This document shows positions 21,601 to 30,147 of a stretch of 64,000 bases of DNA, in pieces. The notes beneath the pieces are model-generated. The model ran no database searches, had not been told where the DNA came from, and saw only the letters and a program-made list of their open reading frames with translations. Origin of the DNA: Amphiscolops sp. MND2022 (taxonomy: Eukaryota); assembly GCA_964187785.1 (NCBI GenBank), contig OZ076409.1, positions 1,426,001-1,490,000 of the forward strand, written 5' to 3'. Each line of letters opens with the position of its first letter. The stretch's first letter is position 1. Both the position numbers and the translations under genes were made by a program.

Positions 21601-23839
21601 ATGCGACTATGTGATTCAATTCAATTTTGTCATCGCGCACATCCCAGGAGCACAAAATACAGCAGCGGATTACTTGTCCCGATTGGAAGCAGACCCAAAG
21701 GACAAATTAATAATGAAAATCCGAGAAGATGTACAAACATTGCCAATAGAAATAAACGTCCAATCAGCAGGAGTCTCACAGGAAGAGCAAATCTTCTACA
21801 CCAATGACGACGATGAGACTGAAGAACAATATTGGGCGAGAAAAGAGGCAATCAGGAAAAATCCTGTAATCGAAGACACTACAGTTACAATACAAACTCT
21901 TTCCACTAACTTAGCCAAACAACAACCTGAAATACAAGTCCGATTGAGGAAAACAAACCAGATAATTATTGAGCAATCCAAGGATGCAGTATTACATCAA
22001 TTGAAGGCAAAACTCCTTCACGAAGACTACTCAGAAAACATACTGCAACAGGATGCTCGATATAGACACTATGCAAATAATCTGGAACGAATCGTACTCA
22101 AGGACGAAATCCTGACAAGGCAATACTTCGATGAAACAGGGATAGTGAAATACCATCAGATTTTACTCCCGCAACATCTACTCCGGGAACTGCTTCAATC
22201 CCTTCACGGGACAGCACACAAACACCCCGGAATTTCAAAAATGCTGCAGGAAATTAGACAAAGGTATTACTACCCTAACATGGCTAAACACGTCAAAAAG
22301 TGGGTAGAAGGGTGCGAACAATGTGCCAGAGACAAAAGAGTCCCTGACGCAACGATCACACCAGAGCTGCTCAATTTGCCCGAATGGGACCTTGGACCTG
22401 AAGACGCCATGCAAATTGACCTATTGCCGAATCTTCCCCCAAGTGGAGGGTATGAAAATGTCCTAACAGCAATTGATGTTTTCTCCAGATATTTATTCGC
22501 TTACCCTCTCACGGACGCATCAGCGATCAATGTAGCCAAAGTACTCATTGATATTATGACCAAACATTCCTACTTACCGACAACGCTCATTACAGACAAA
22601 GGAACTGCATTCACTTCCACAATTATTGCAGAAATTACCCAAATTTTAGGAATTACCCTAAAATGTGCGACAACAAAGCACCCGCAAACTATCGGGAAAT
22701 TAGAGCGCACACATGCCTCATTGAAAACAAACTTGAAAATGGCATGTGGGGAATATCGCCGACAATGGCACAAATATTTGCCATTAGCAGTTCTGAATCA
22801 CAATACTAGTTATCATGCCAGCATCGGATGTGAACCGACAAGAGTGTTCCATGGAAGAATCCCATACAACATCTTGGATCACAAGCTTGGAACAAATCCA
22901 AACGAGCAAATCCATCCGACTACCGAATTCGCAGAAGAAATCCAAAACCGGACAAAAATCCTAATTGACAAAACGAAGCAGAACATTATGCAGTCCTACA
23001 TCAAGTACAAAGAATATTACGACCGCAAAGCAAAAGCCGCTCCATTAAAGGAGAAAGAATACTGTTTTGTCTTACAGCCGAAAGCGGACAATCAAGGATC
23101 AAAAATCCCATTTAGAGATTATCGCTGGGTTGGACCGTTTATAGTCCAGAAGACCTTACCCAATGAGAATTACATTGTCCGCAGGCTTAATACAAATAAA
23201 ACACAGATCTTGCATCGAATTCGTCTCAAAAAGTTTGTCCCAAATCAGCCACTTGAGGACAATTTCCGTGAGCAACGCTTGCAGCCAGACGAAGAAATTG
23301 TTATTCCGCAGGATGACTTATACATCATAACGTGGGAAACCGACTTTGGCGAGCAGCTAACTACCCGAGACAACGAAGCTATTCCGACTAGCTTACCGAC
23401 TGGCGAACAGCCGAGTACGGAACGAATCAACAATGACGCAAACGAGAGTGACGCGGATTATACAATCACGCGAGAAACGAATAACGACAATACGGCACAC
23501 AGCCGGAATGACCGCTTGAGTGACAACGTCACAATGGGAAATGAAGATAATGATGCAAATAGAAATAAAAAATCCGATTGGCCGAATCCGGCCGCTAGCC
23601 CAAACACTCAAGAAAAATCACCGGGTACAACAAATGCACCGGAAAATCATGAAATTTTGTCAGAAAGAAATCCGCTGAATGAAAAAGATGCTCGAAACTC
23701 TCCAAATAGGGGGGATGATATTATCGTGCCCGAAATATCTGAAAACGATGCTAGAAACGAAAGCCTGAGCCCTAGAGGAGGAAAATATAACCTCAGACCT
23801 AACCCCAACCCAAACTACTCAGAAGACTATAGATACTAG
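18638..23839 (+). CDS. pol: Pol polyprotein (protease, RT, RNase H, integrase), intact, probably made as Gag-Pol by -1 frameshift
   Basis: LIDTGA protease; KLDCSQAY/YVDD RT; TDAS..E..TD..ADYLSR RNase H; HHCC + IDL/TDKG/LERTH integrase; WVGPF motif. Frame open from 18635 to the TAG ending at 23839 (the track starts it at 18743). Confidence 0.96.
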   Translation, partial: KKLTSPRLQYNELISVRQYIRSDPPTQTFHQYNQQLMGYPSVVWQQQMEKATIITYNNTHLFQKPIPVWDPDYTSAFNSRFRPIPLVDNYNPTYIDPDYGRDPYWDTELYNQDLLQFQYVIDDIELYNKSAHENPPITHNKKTRALIETWQMNDGTSHPVFPNPLGTETSDKPDETIPQSLLDESQFQNILITREGEPDCIPLSTNINLKCKKRMLYFPMDFGELTIDGLIDTGALSSAIPEMDLRKIRLLSPQSVIREGPPPNFQIMVANGQLETPKSTIELKFEVGDIEFHEIFIVMEHLTGPIIGLMFLQRNHTVLDMRQGILNFPFFSMQLKTADHKYSNVLEPILNPTEITIPPNDRVLIRTNSLLYPENTVTGILQPSDLLHEEGDITFCPALVTMNDGNILIPVNNFTDHPYKLKKGLHIASFSVMTPEQMKYVKPVDPASTWHLLQNDQEQAAHYVSSLIKTNKNSQNSENYWFPTPENPGNPAEHTPIQKRILRELQALQDLESLDPTKDEESRAKFLENFDWKDSTLTPDEKEKIERLLVEFHDIFARHRFDIGMNEEFKVKLTPKDDSPAYSQSLPAPINLKEDILVELAMLHKYGIITTLPFSKYASPIFAQKKPNGKLRLLVDLRKINNLISDDYINNNHPVSTLVDAAQHMAGKKLFCKLDCSQAYHCLPMADQRSIEMLAFNFASRTFAYRRLAQGLNRALSAFSSFMREYLDKVIKADQCAQYVDDIGIAANDADHLIANLRATFKCIQEAGLKLSMHKCHFGVTEIDFLGRTITAQGVKPQRQNVQNFLEKTKFPKSKKALQRYLGFLNYYRNYVPRLSERLAPFYKMLKSDEKVLVSKDLVQQFEEINRALDRCCDLALQQPIPNKQIALMTDASFGAAGYAVLIEDDPSQKFTSIRKSYAPVAYGSKTFTPAQIKMSIYAKEFLAIYFAFKEFGHIFWGAPKPVIILTDNKAVTRFFQTKIVPPALWNACDYVIQFNFVIAHIPGAQNTAADYLSRLEADPKDKLIMKIREDVQTLPIEINVQSAGVSQEEQIFYTNDDDETEEQYWARKEAIRKNPVIEDTTVTIQTLSTNLAKQQPEIQVRLRKTNQIIIEQSKDAVLHQLKAKLLHEDYSENILQQDARYRHYANNLERIVLKDEILTRQYFDETGIVKYHQILLPQHLLRELLQSLHGTAHKHPGISKMLQEIRQRYYYPNMAKHVKKWVEGCEQCARDKRVPDATITPELLNLPEWDLGPEDAMQIDLLPNLPPSGGYENVLTAIDVFSRYLFAYPLTDASAINVAKVLIDIMTKHSYLPTTLITDKGTAFTSTIIAEITQILGITLKCATTKHPQTIGKLERTHASLKTNLKMACGEYRRQWHKYLPLAVLNHNTSYHASIGCEPTRVFHGRIPYNILDHKLGTNPNEQIHPTTEFAEEIQNRTKILIDKTKQNIMQSYIKYKEYYDRKAKAAPLKEKEYCFVLQPKADNQGSKIPFRDYRWVGPFIVQKTLPNENYIVRRLNTNKTQILHRIRLKKFVPNQPLEDNFREQRLQPDEEIVIPQDDLYIITWETDFGEQLTTRDNEAIPTSLPTGEQPSTERINNDANESDADYTITRETNNDNTAHSRNDRLSDNVTMGNEDNDANRNKKSDWPNPAASPNTQEKSPGTTNAPENHEILSERNPLNEKDARNSPNRGDDIIVPEISENDARNESLSPRGGKYNLRPNPNPNYSEDYRY

Positions 23840-24070
23840 AGAAAATTAAATTCGATTCAGGAAACTAGCCCTGAATTGCTTTGTCTTTTTCTCTTTTTAT
23901 CTTCTATTTTTTTTAAGTCCCAAGGCGAATCTTTTGAATAAATAATTGGGACAACCAACAACACCCCTTCAGGAGAATAAATACGAGGCAAAGAAAAAAC
24001 AGAAATGAAAATTCAACAAAAGAAATAAACAAAGTTTACAGTCTGTAAGTACATAAATACATATGTACAA

Positions 24071-25233
24071 TTAACTCTTAGAACCACCAGCAGAAGATTC
24101 ACTATGGACGGACGAAGCTCTACCCCGGGAACTACTCTTTTCCATCCGCCTCCGCTTAGTACCACTGGGCGGCCTCACAGCAGGAACATCAGGCACAGAA
24201 GAAGTATCAGCGAAGTTGGGACTTCTAAATTGGAATTCTGACCCGGCGAGGACAGAGCGATAGGAGGTGACGAGAGTCTTGTAAATTGCTGAACGGCCGA
24301 AGCGGTCTACAAAGGTCCACGGGTCGTAATCGGCAGTGAAGGCAGTCTGTCCAAATGTAGAAGACAATTCGAAAAATTTATCGAGACGAGACTCAGAACA
24401 GCAGGCAACCAGAGAATCTGGCACTGTTGACAGATAACTTTGACAAGGCAAGATGACATCCGCTAAACGGGACTGAAGCCCCTTTGTGTCAATCTTACCC
24501 AAAGAAACAGAAGGATACTCAGGACTCACAGAAGTGATACAGAGGCAACTCAGCTTGAACAAATAACAGAGATGCTCATGAGTGTGGAGGAACTCCAATC
24601 CCATAAAGAAGTCAATGAGATCAGGAGGATCGCAGGAGGAGTCGAACTCAGAAGAATGATTAGCTCGGAGGTAATCCAATAAGGCAACGTACTCGTCCCG
24701 GCAAACTGACTCATTGGACGCTGAAACCCAGGAACGCAGTTGAAAGGTAGAATATAGACGGTCAAAGTGCCGCAAAGCAACTTCTACGGGCCTCCTAAAG
24801 AGGATATGTGGATCAAACGCAGCCAGTCCTTTGATGAGGTCAGACCCGAGTTCGGAGTGTTGAAGTACTCCGGACAACAAGAACTTGATGAATTCCTTCG
24901 AACTCTTCACAAAGTCTGACTTTGCACTTTCGGCAGTCTTGTCGATGGCTGCCTTGCTGGACTTTTTATTGAAATGAAGCCCCGCTGCCTTCAAGTTGCT
25001 CGCTGTAGCCACTTTACTAGCAATCTTGAGCCGTACCAGGAAATCTTCGTCACTCATAGGCTTGCCCTGACTGATTCGGAAGTCCATCAACAGGAACCAA
25101 GCGCTTTCCAGAGGCACAGTGTCAGGCTGGTAGATGCGGAAACAAAGACGATTGATGTACTTGCACATCTCTCCACAAAGGAAGAAGGTAGCATCTCGCC
25201 TCTGACCCAGATTGATGGCGAAACTAGTGACAT
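24071..25233 (-). CDS. Antisense accessory gene, exon 6 (last): hAT C-terminal-like helical region plus basic tail KRRR
   Basis: Acceptor ttctgtgtttcag|AT, phase 1. Reads (Y)VTSFAINLGQRRDATFFLCGEMCKYINRL..., in frame with track ORF 24071..25168. Confidence 0.8.
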
Positions 25234-25307
25234 CTGAAACACAGAACCTGAAGGTCCTTAAAAGGACGACAGACCAAAAGGGGCTCCACCAGACAAGAGA
25301 TACTCAC

Positions 25308-25389
25308 AATCGCTGACCAGGCGTTGGAACAGCTCCAGTTTGACAGCGAAGAAGGTGTCCATGATCAGGGACCACTCGAAGCTCTGGAC
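25308..25389 (-). CDS. Antisense accessory gene, exon 5
   Basis: tctttccacag|GTC...: VQSFEWSLIMDTFFAVKLELFQRLVSD, then T|gtgagt (phase 0 in, phase 1 out). A 74-bp intron follows. Confidence 0.75.
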
Positions 25390-25499
25390 CTGTGGAAAGA
25401 CATGGTGTAAATTCGGAACGATAACCCTACCTATGCTTATGAAAAGGAACGTCCACTAGAACTATCTCTAAAAAGACAGATGATTTTGTGAATTACAAC

Positions 25500-25634
25500 C
25501 TTGTTATGGACCCCTTGATTCTCCTGTCGGCGTGAATACACAGTGAGGTAACGCAGGATCGACTTCCACCTCTTCAGTAGATCACGACACAGATCAGGTA
25601 TTTTAGCTACCTCCAGAGTGCAAGTTGTAATAGC
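25500..25634 (-). CDS. Antisense accessory gene, exon 4
   Basis: Branch-like CACTAAC, then gttttgtttag|GCT: AITTCTLEVAKIPDLCRDLLKRWKSILRYLTVYSRRQENQGVHNK. Donor AAG|gttgta (or GTT|gtaatt 3 nt later; both phase 0). Confidence 0.72.
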
Positions 25635-25731
25635 CTAAACAAAACGATTTGAAAATAGGAACCCTAACTGTTAGTGGCTACCTCCGCCCTTCACCTATAT
25701 TATACAAAACAGGTTTGCAAAATGCACTTAC

Positions 25732-26217
25732 TTGGACAAGTACAGTCGATTCGTTGACCCAGTCCTCAGATAGGCAGCCTCCAAGCGAGACCAGAAGACA
25801 CTGGAGGACGGAGAACATGTCAATGTGCCCGAAAACGCTGTAGTTTACCTTGTGCATCAAGGCCCTCAACTCAAGCGTCTCGAATCGGAAGCAGCTTTGG
25901 ACCCCACGAGGGAAGGAGGGATGCTGGTCCACTGTCCTTATCAGGTCAACGGCACATCCAGATATCGCGACCACATCAGGAGCGGTAGAAATGGCAGACA
26001 ACAATCGTGATAGGGAGCCCATCTCCTCAGTGAGCCCGACGCCGGAAAGTCCACTTCGACAGACGAAGATGCGACAGAGCTGTGCACCCTTCCAAAATCG
26101 GAGAGACATCAAGCGGTTGGCCCCTCTCTTTTCGAACTCAATCCCATAGTGCTGGGAAGCGATGACATGTTCTGCCACGTCTTCCATCATGCAATTGAAG
26201 ACGTGTTGGAAAACGGC
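25732..26217 (-). CDS. Antisense accessory gene, exon 3 (degenerate RNase H-like core of a hAT transposase)
   Basis: gttccgtttcag|GCC: AVFQHVFNC...YGIEFEK..LMSLRFW..VVAISG...STVLVQ|gtaagt. Phase 0/0. Confidence 0.8.
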
Positions 26218-26316
26218 CTGAAACGGAACATAACTCGAATGACCATACGGCCTTACCATTGCAAGTTACCCTTACACTACGAATGACTCCATGATGAAAT
26301 AAACGAGTGAACTTAC

Positions 26317-28280
26317 CATGATGTGGTCTTCACTCCAGTCGAAATCTTGGAAGGCTGATTGGAATCCAGTATAGCTTCCTGCTCTAGCCCACAACCTACG
26401 GAGGATAGCTATGTTGCCTGAATCTTGAACGAAATCTCCCAAGAGGCAAATCTGGGCTTGCAGTCGCGACTGAGGTGTTACTGGTGCCGAAGAGTGTCCC
26501 TTCAAGTAATCCTCATAAAAAGGATGTCTCTCACCGACGTCAACGAGCTCTGTGTGGATGAATTTGGGGAGCTCTTGCGCAAGGTCAGATTTATTGAGGA
26601 TTTTGCCGTCCCTTCCTCGGACTCTGTGGTGGACCTTCCCTGTCACGTCGTCAACTGTCTTGAGGTGCTCATATCGCCACCTCTGGTCTCGGCGAAGGTG
26701 TTTCTCAGTTCTGTGGTGGCGCAAGATTTCCACAGTGCCTTTGGTCTTTATACTAAAGTTTTTCTTGCACATGTGGCACCACACCATGTGAGGGTTATGT
26801 AAGGGATCGGCTGGGCCAGAAATAAAGGATCGAGTCCATGCTATCTTGGAGAAGAACTCCTCACGCATAGGCACACCCCGCCTCGGCATCCTTTTGCTTT
26901 TACTTTTCTTGACTGAGACAACTGCCTGACGGGACTTCTGGGTAGGAAGCCGATCGCGAAGCTCAGACAGAGTGCAGTCCAGACTGCTCCTTTCCTGTAT
27001 TTCAGCCTCTCCTTCAGTCGTGCTATGTGGCAATTCTGGTTGTGAGGATACAGAGAGATTTTCAGGAACAGTTTTGTTATAAACTCTGTCAATCAAGAGC
27101 CGTTCCATAGTACTATCACTATCTTCGGGATAGGAGAGGCCGCTGACATCCTGAAGCGTGCTCAGGTCAAGTTGGGGACTAGGCTGAGAGCCAAGATCGG
27201 CAGAAAACTCGTCGGAGCTGGTCCCTGCTTGGCAATTGGATCCTGGGGAGGGAACTTGGGCTCGCGTCTGGAACTTCTTAGTCCGTGAAGGGGCAGTCAA
27301 GGGAGTTCCTTTCACTGCTCCAAGTACCATTCTCTCCATGGTGGTGCAGGTCATATTGATGGCTTCGTCAGTAAGGACCCGAAGCAGGTGGTAAACCTGC
27401 GGCTCTGTGAAGGCTACAACCCTCTGACCAACCGGGAACGTGTAGGGGTCTTCAGCCTCAAAGTACTGTTTGAGGGTGGCTCTGCTGCGTCCTGATAAAT
27501 CTCGCAGAACTTCTTCTTGTGGCTGAGGATTAAACTGAGAAGTCCCTGGCGGTCCTGGATCATGTATTTCTGATCCCGAGTCTTCTTGAGTTTCTGTTGC
27601 TGACCCCATTCCAAAGGGGATACCCGCGTACAAGAGGGGAATTTCAGACTGACTGGTAGTATCAACAGCCTGAGTGGTGTCACTATGGTTTCCTGAAGCG
27701 GTGAAATGACTTGCCCCACCGGGGAGTGGAGGGGGTTCATGGACGGAAGAAGAGGCTTCATCACCAGACTGCGGGAGAGAAACTGCAGATGTATCGTGGC
27801 TATGGTCCTGAGCAAGTTGCAGCTCAGGGAAGCCAGACTGAGATTGTGGCGCGACTGACAGTGAGGACTCGAGCTGTGAAATACTAGTAACTTCTGTTCC
27901 AGGCTGACCAAAGAGCGTCGGAGTGCTAGTTCTCACTCGGATAGGGACGTGGTCCGTGCCTGGGACAACTGGGTCTTGTGCCGGAGACGGCTCTTCTCCT
28001 GTAGGACTGGCAAGATCTGTACCAGTCAACTCCTGTGAGACTTCCATACGTTGGACCATCTCGTCTGCATATGCTGTGACATCGACGTTGCTTTCATTGC
28101 TGAAAGGAGAGTCAACAGCCAACTGTTGTGTCTGACCGAGGAGCGTTCTTATTGGAGGGAATGGAGGTGGAGAAGGCGTATTGCTGGGCATTGAGATGGG
28201 TACGGGACGGTGAGGAAGCGCAGCGGAATTACCAGTTGTGGTAATGCTTTGAACTTGTGGTTCATCGACGTTCTGTTGTT
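26317..28280 (-). CDS. Antisense accessory gene, exon 2 (long S/P/T/E-rich disordered region plus BED-type zinc finger)
   Basis: Acceptor tttcatctctttctgtttag|AA. VWCHMCKKNFSIKTKGTVEILRHHRTEKH at ~26784-26698. Ends DHIM|gtaagt, phase 0. Confidence 0.85.
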
Positions 28281-28479
28281 CTAAACAGAAAGAGATGAAA
28301 TTTGGCGGTAAGCTTCCTTGAAAGAAATCCATTCTACCGCATTAGAAAACTTCCGGAAGTACTTTGAAAATTTGAACAAAACGTGTTATCACGTGTTTAC
28401 TGATGGATACAGGAAGCATTTTGTGAACAAATTTAGCCCTGATCAAGTTAAATTAAGTTCAAAACCAAAGCAAACCAAC

Positions 28480-28495
28480 CTTCAACTGAAGACAT
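28480..28495 (-). CDS. Antisense accessory gene, predicted coding exon 1 (MSSVE-)
   Basis: ATG TCT TCA GTT GAA G|gttggt. Phase 1 matches the 28280 acceptor, and the donor hexamer is the same as Shaw exon 1. An alternative start is the ATG at 28332. Confidence 0.5.
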
Positions 28496-29376
28496 TCTGT
28501 CCTGCTTCGCCTTTTACTGTCGGACCGATCAAACTCAGGAGACGTAGAATCTGGCCGGACTCGGACCAAGGGCAAGTCCCGGGAGTACTTCAAAGAGGAA
28601 GAAGGATGCTGTTGGAGAGATTAAGAAGAGTGGGGAAAACTGTTCGATACGGGGTACCAGAGGAAGAAGATAAAGAAAAATAATTGGAATTGAATCGGAA
28701 TTAAAAGAGGTTAATGGAATTTAAAGTTGGAGTTCGTGGCTGAAGAAAGTTACCAGACTAATATTATTTAGTTATCTACATATTTATTCTGTACATGGAG
28801 TCTGCCAGCGAAGTGTACAAGAACCTTATTATCTACAGCTTACTTAGTTAGTGGCCTATCCTGGCCGTTTGACCAGTTGTACTTTATAGTTTCGTTCTGT
28901 TATCTTGGATTATTCTCAATTAGGAAATCCGCCATTTTGAATTATTTTGATTTATTATTTTCGCCATTTTATTATCTAATTTTTCATTTTATCAGAGCTT
29001 AACTCTGATTGGCTGGAACCATATTGAAAGAATTTAGCGGTGCGAGCTATTAAGCGATCCGAAGCAAGCCGTTAATTACCCACTTGAAGAGAAGATATTT
29101 GATATCAACAACTTAAGTGCTGCTTACACCCACTTTGATGATGGCTCGCATGAAAGGCAAACACCTACTTAATCGGAGCCGCCGACCCTGCTTAGGAATT
29201 TCATTCAGGAAAGTTTATGATGAATCGGGCTAATCAACCTGAGATTCTCCCGCTAAATTGGAAACTTCGGGAAGAAGCCTAACTCGGAATTTGGGGAGGC
29301 AACAAGCTCATTCTAATTTCAAACTCGCTCTCGACAAGTTGATTAGCAAATCTCCAAAATTGCGAAAAAACTAATA

Positions 29377-30147
29377 ATGGAAAGATTTAATAAAGCGAGA
29401 AAACTCTTTGGTTCTTTGGAATTCAGCTCCGACTCATCGGGAGACTCAGTAATATACATCAGCAGCGATGAAGAAACCTCTGACGGATGGGACTCAGACT
29501 GGTCCACGGACACGGAAGAGATGGTGAGAAGGATTGAAACTCAAGTCCAGGCAAAACCAATTCTCATAGCCGGCAGAAAGATGACGACGGCAAGCGACGA
29601 ACCGGGCCCTAGCTCCGTGCCTTCAGACGTGCAAACCACACCGAAATTGGACAAGACCTACTTCGACGAAAAACTATGCTATGCTCCGTCTAGAGGCAAC
29701 ACAAAGAGGAGAATAGAATTGTGCAAGACAATTCTGCCTGTGTTAGAGTCGCCGCTTTCGCCGCCCGCTCATGAAAGGGGGCCGTCTATGGATACGCCGA
29801 TGACACAAACCGAAAGTAGTGAGTTCCATGCCTCTTTCCACATACAAAACGCGTTGCCTTATACTGATATCAGCTCCCAAAGGTGCACAAGCTGTATGGT
29901 GTGTGGAAAATCTGTGGACGAAATAAAAGCCATGAAGATAAACAGATATATGGAAGCCTCGACTCCAAAGAGCGAACCCGCTTACATTACAGCTCTCAGA
30001 AAAGAAGCTTACATCAATGGTCTTAATGCGGGCAGTCTCCTTTTTATTGCACCCGCTGTGTCGCAGGCTGCCGCCTGTGACGGCACTAGGATTACGACAA
30101 CAGCAGTTGGCCAAGATGTGGCCCCAGGAACTCTCCCTATCTATTAA
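29377..30147 (+). CDS. Accessory ORF, 256 aa, unknown function; last 89 nt lie inside the 3' LTR
   Basis: Uninterrupted ATG ORF with an acidic Ser-rich N-terminus and a CTSCMVC Cys cluster. No signal peptide or clear TM helix. Crosses the LTR boundary at 30059. Confidence 0.7.
   Translation: MERFNKARKLFGSLEFSSDSSGDSVIYISSDEETSDGWDSDWSTDTEEMVRRIETQVQAKPILIAGRKMTTASDEPGPSSVPSDVQTTPKLDKTYFDEKLCYAPSRGNTKRRIELCKTILPVLESPLSPPAHERGPSMDTPMTQTESSEFHASFHIQNALPYTDISSQRCTSCMVCGKSVDEIKAMKINRYMEASTPKSEPAYITALRKEAYINGLNAGSLLFIAPAVSQAAACDGTRITTTAVGQDVAPGTLPIY

Noticed and set aside
19192..23611. Antisense ORFs overlapping pol (e.g. 19192..19881, 229 aa)
   Set aside because: Typical shadow frames of a long coding sequence, with no independent features.
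24071..28495. Nested autonomous hAT transposon
   Set aside because: No TIRs or 8-bp TSD seen at the edges and catalytic residues not recognisable. Not fully excluded without comparing other copies.
29377..30147. env gene
   Set aside because: It has the env position but no signal peptide, furin site/fusion peptide or convincing TM anchor, and it is short and acidic.
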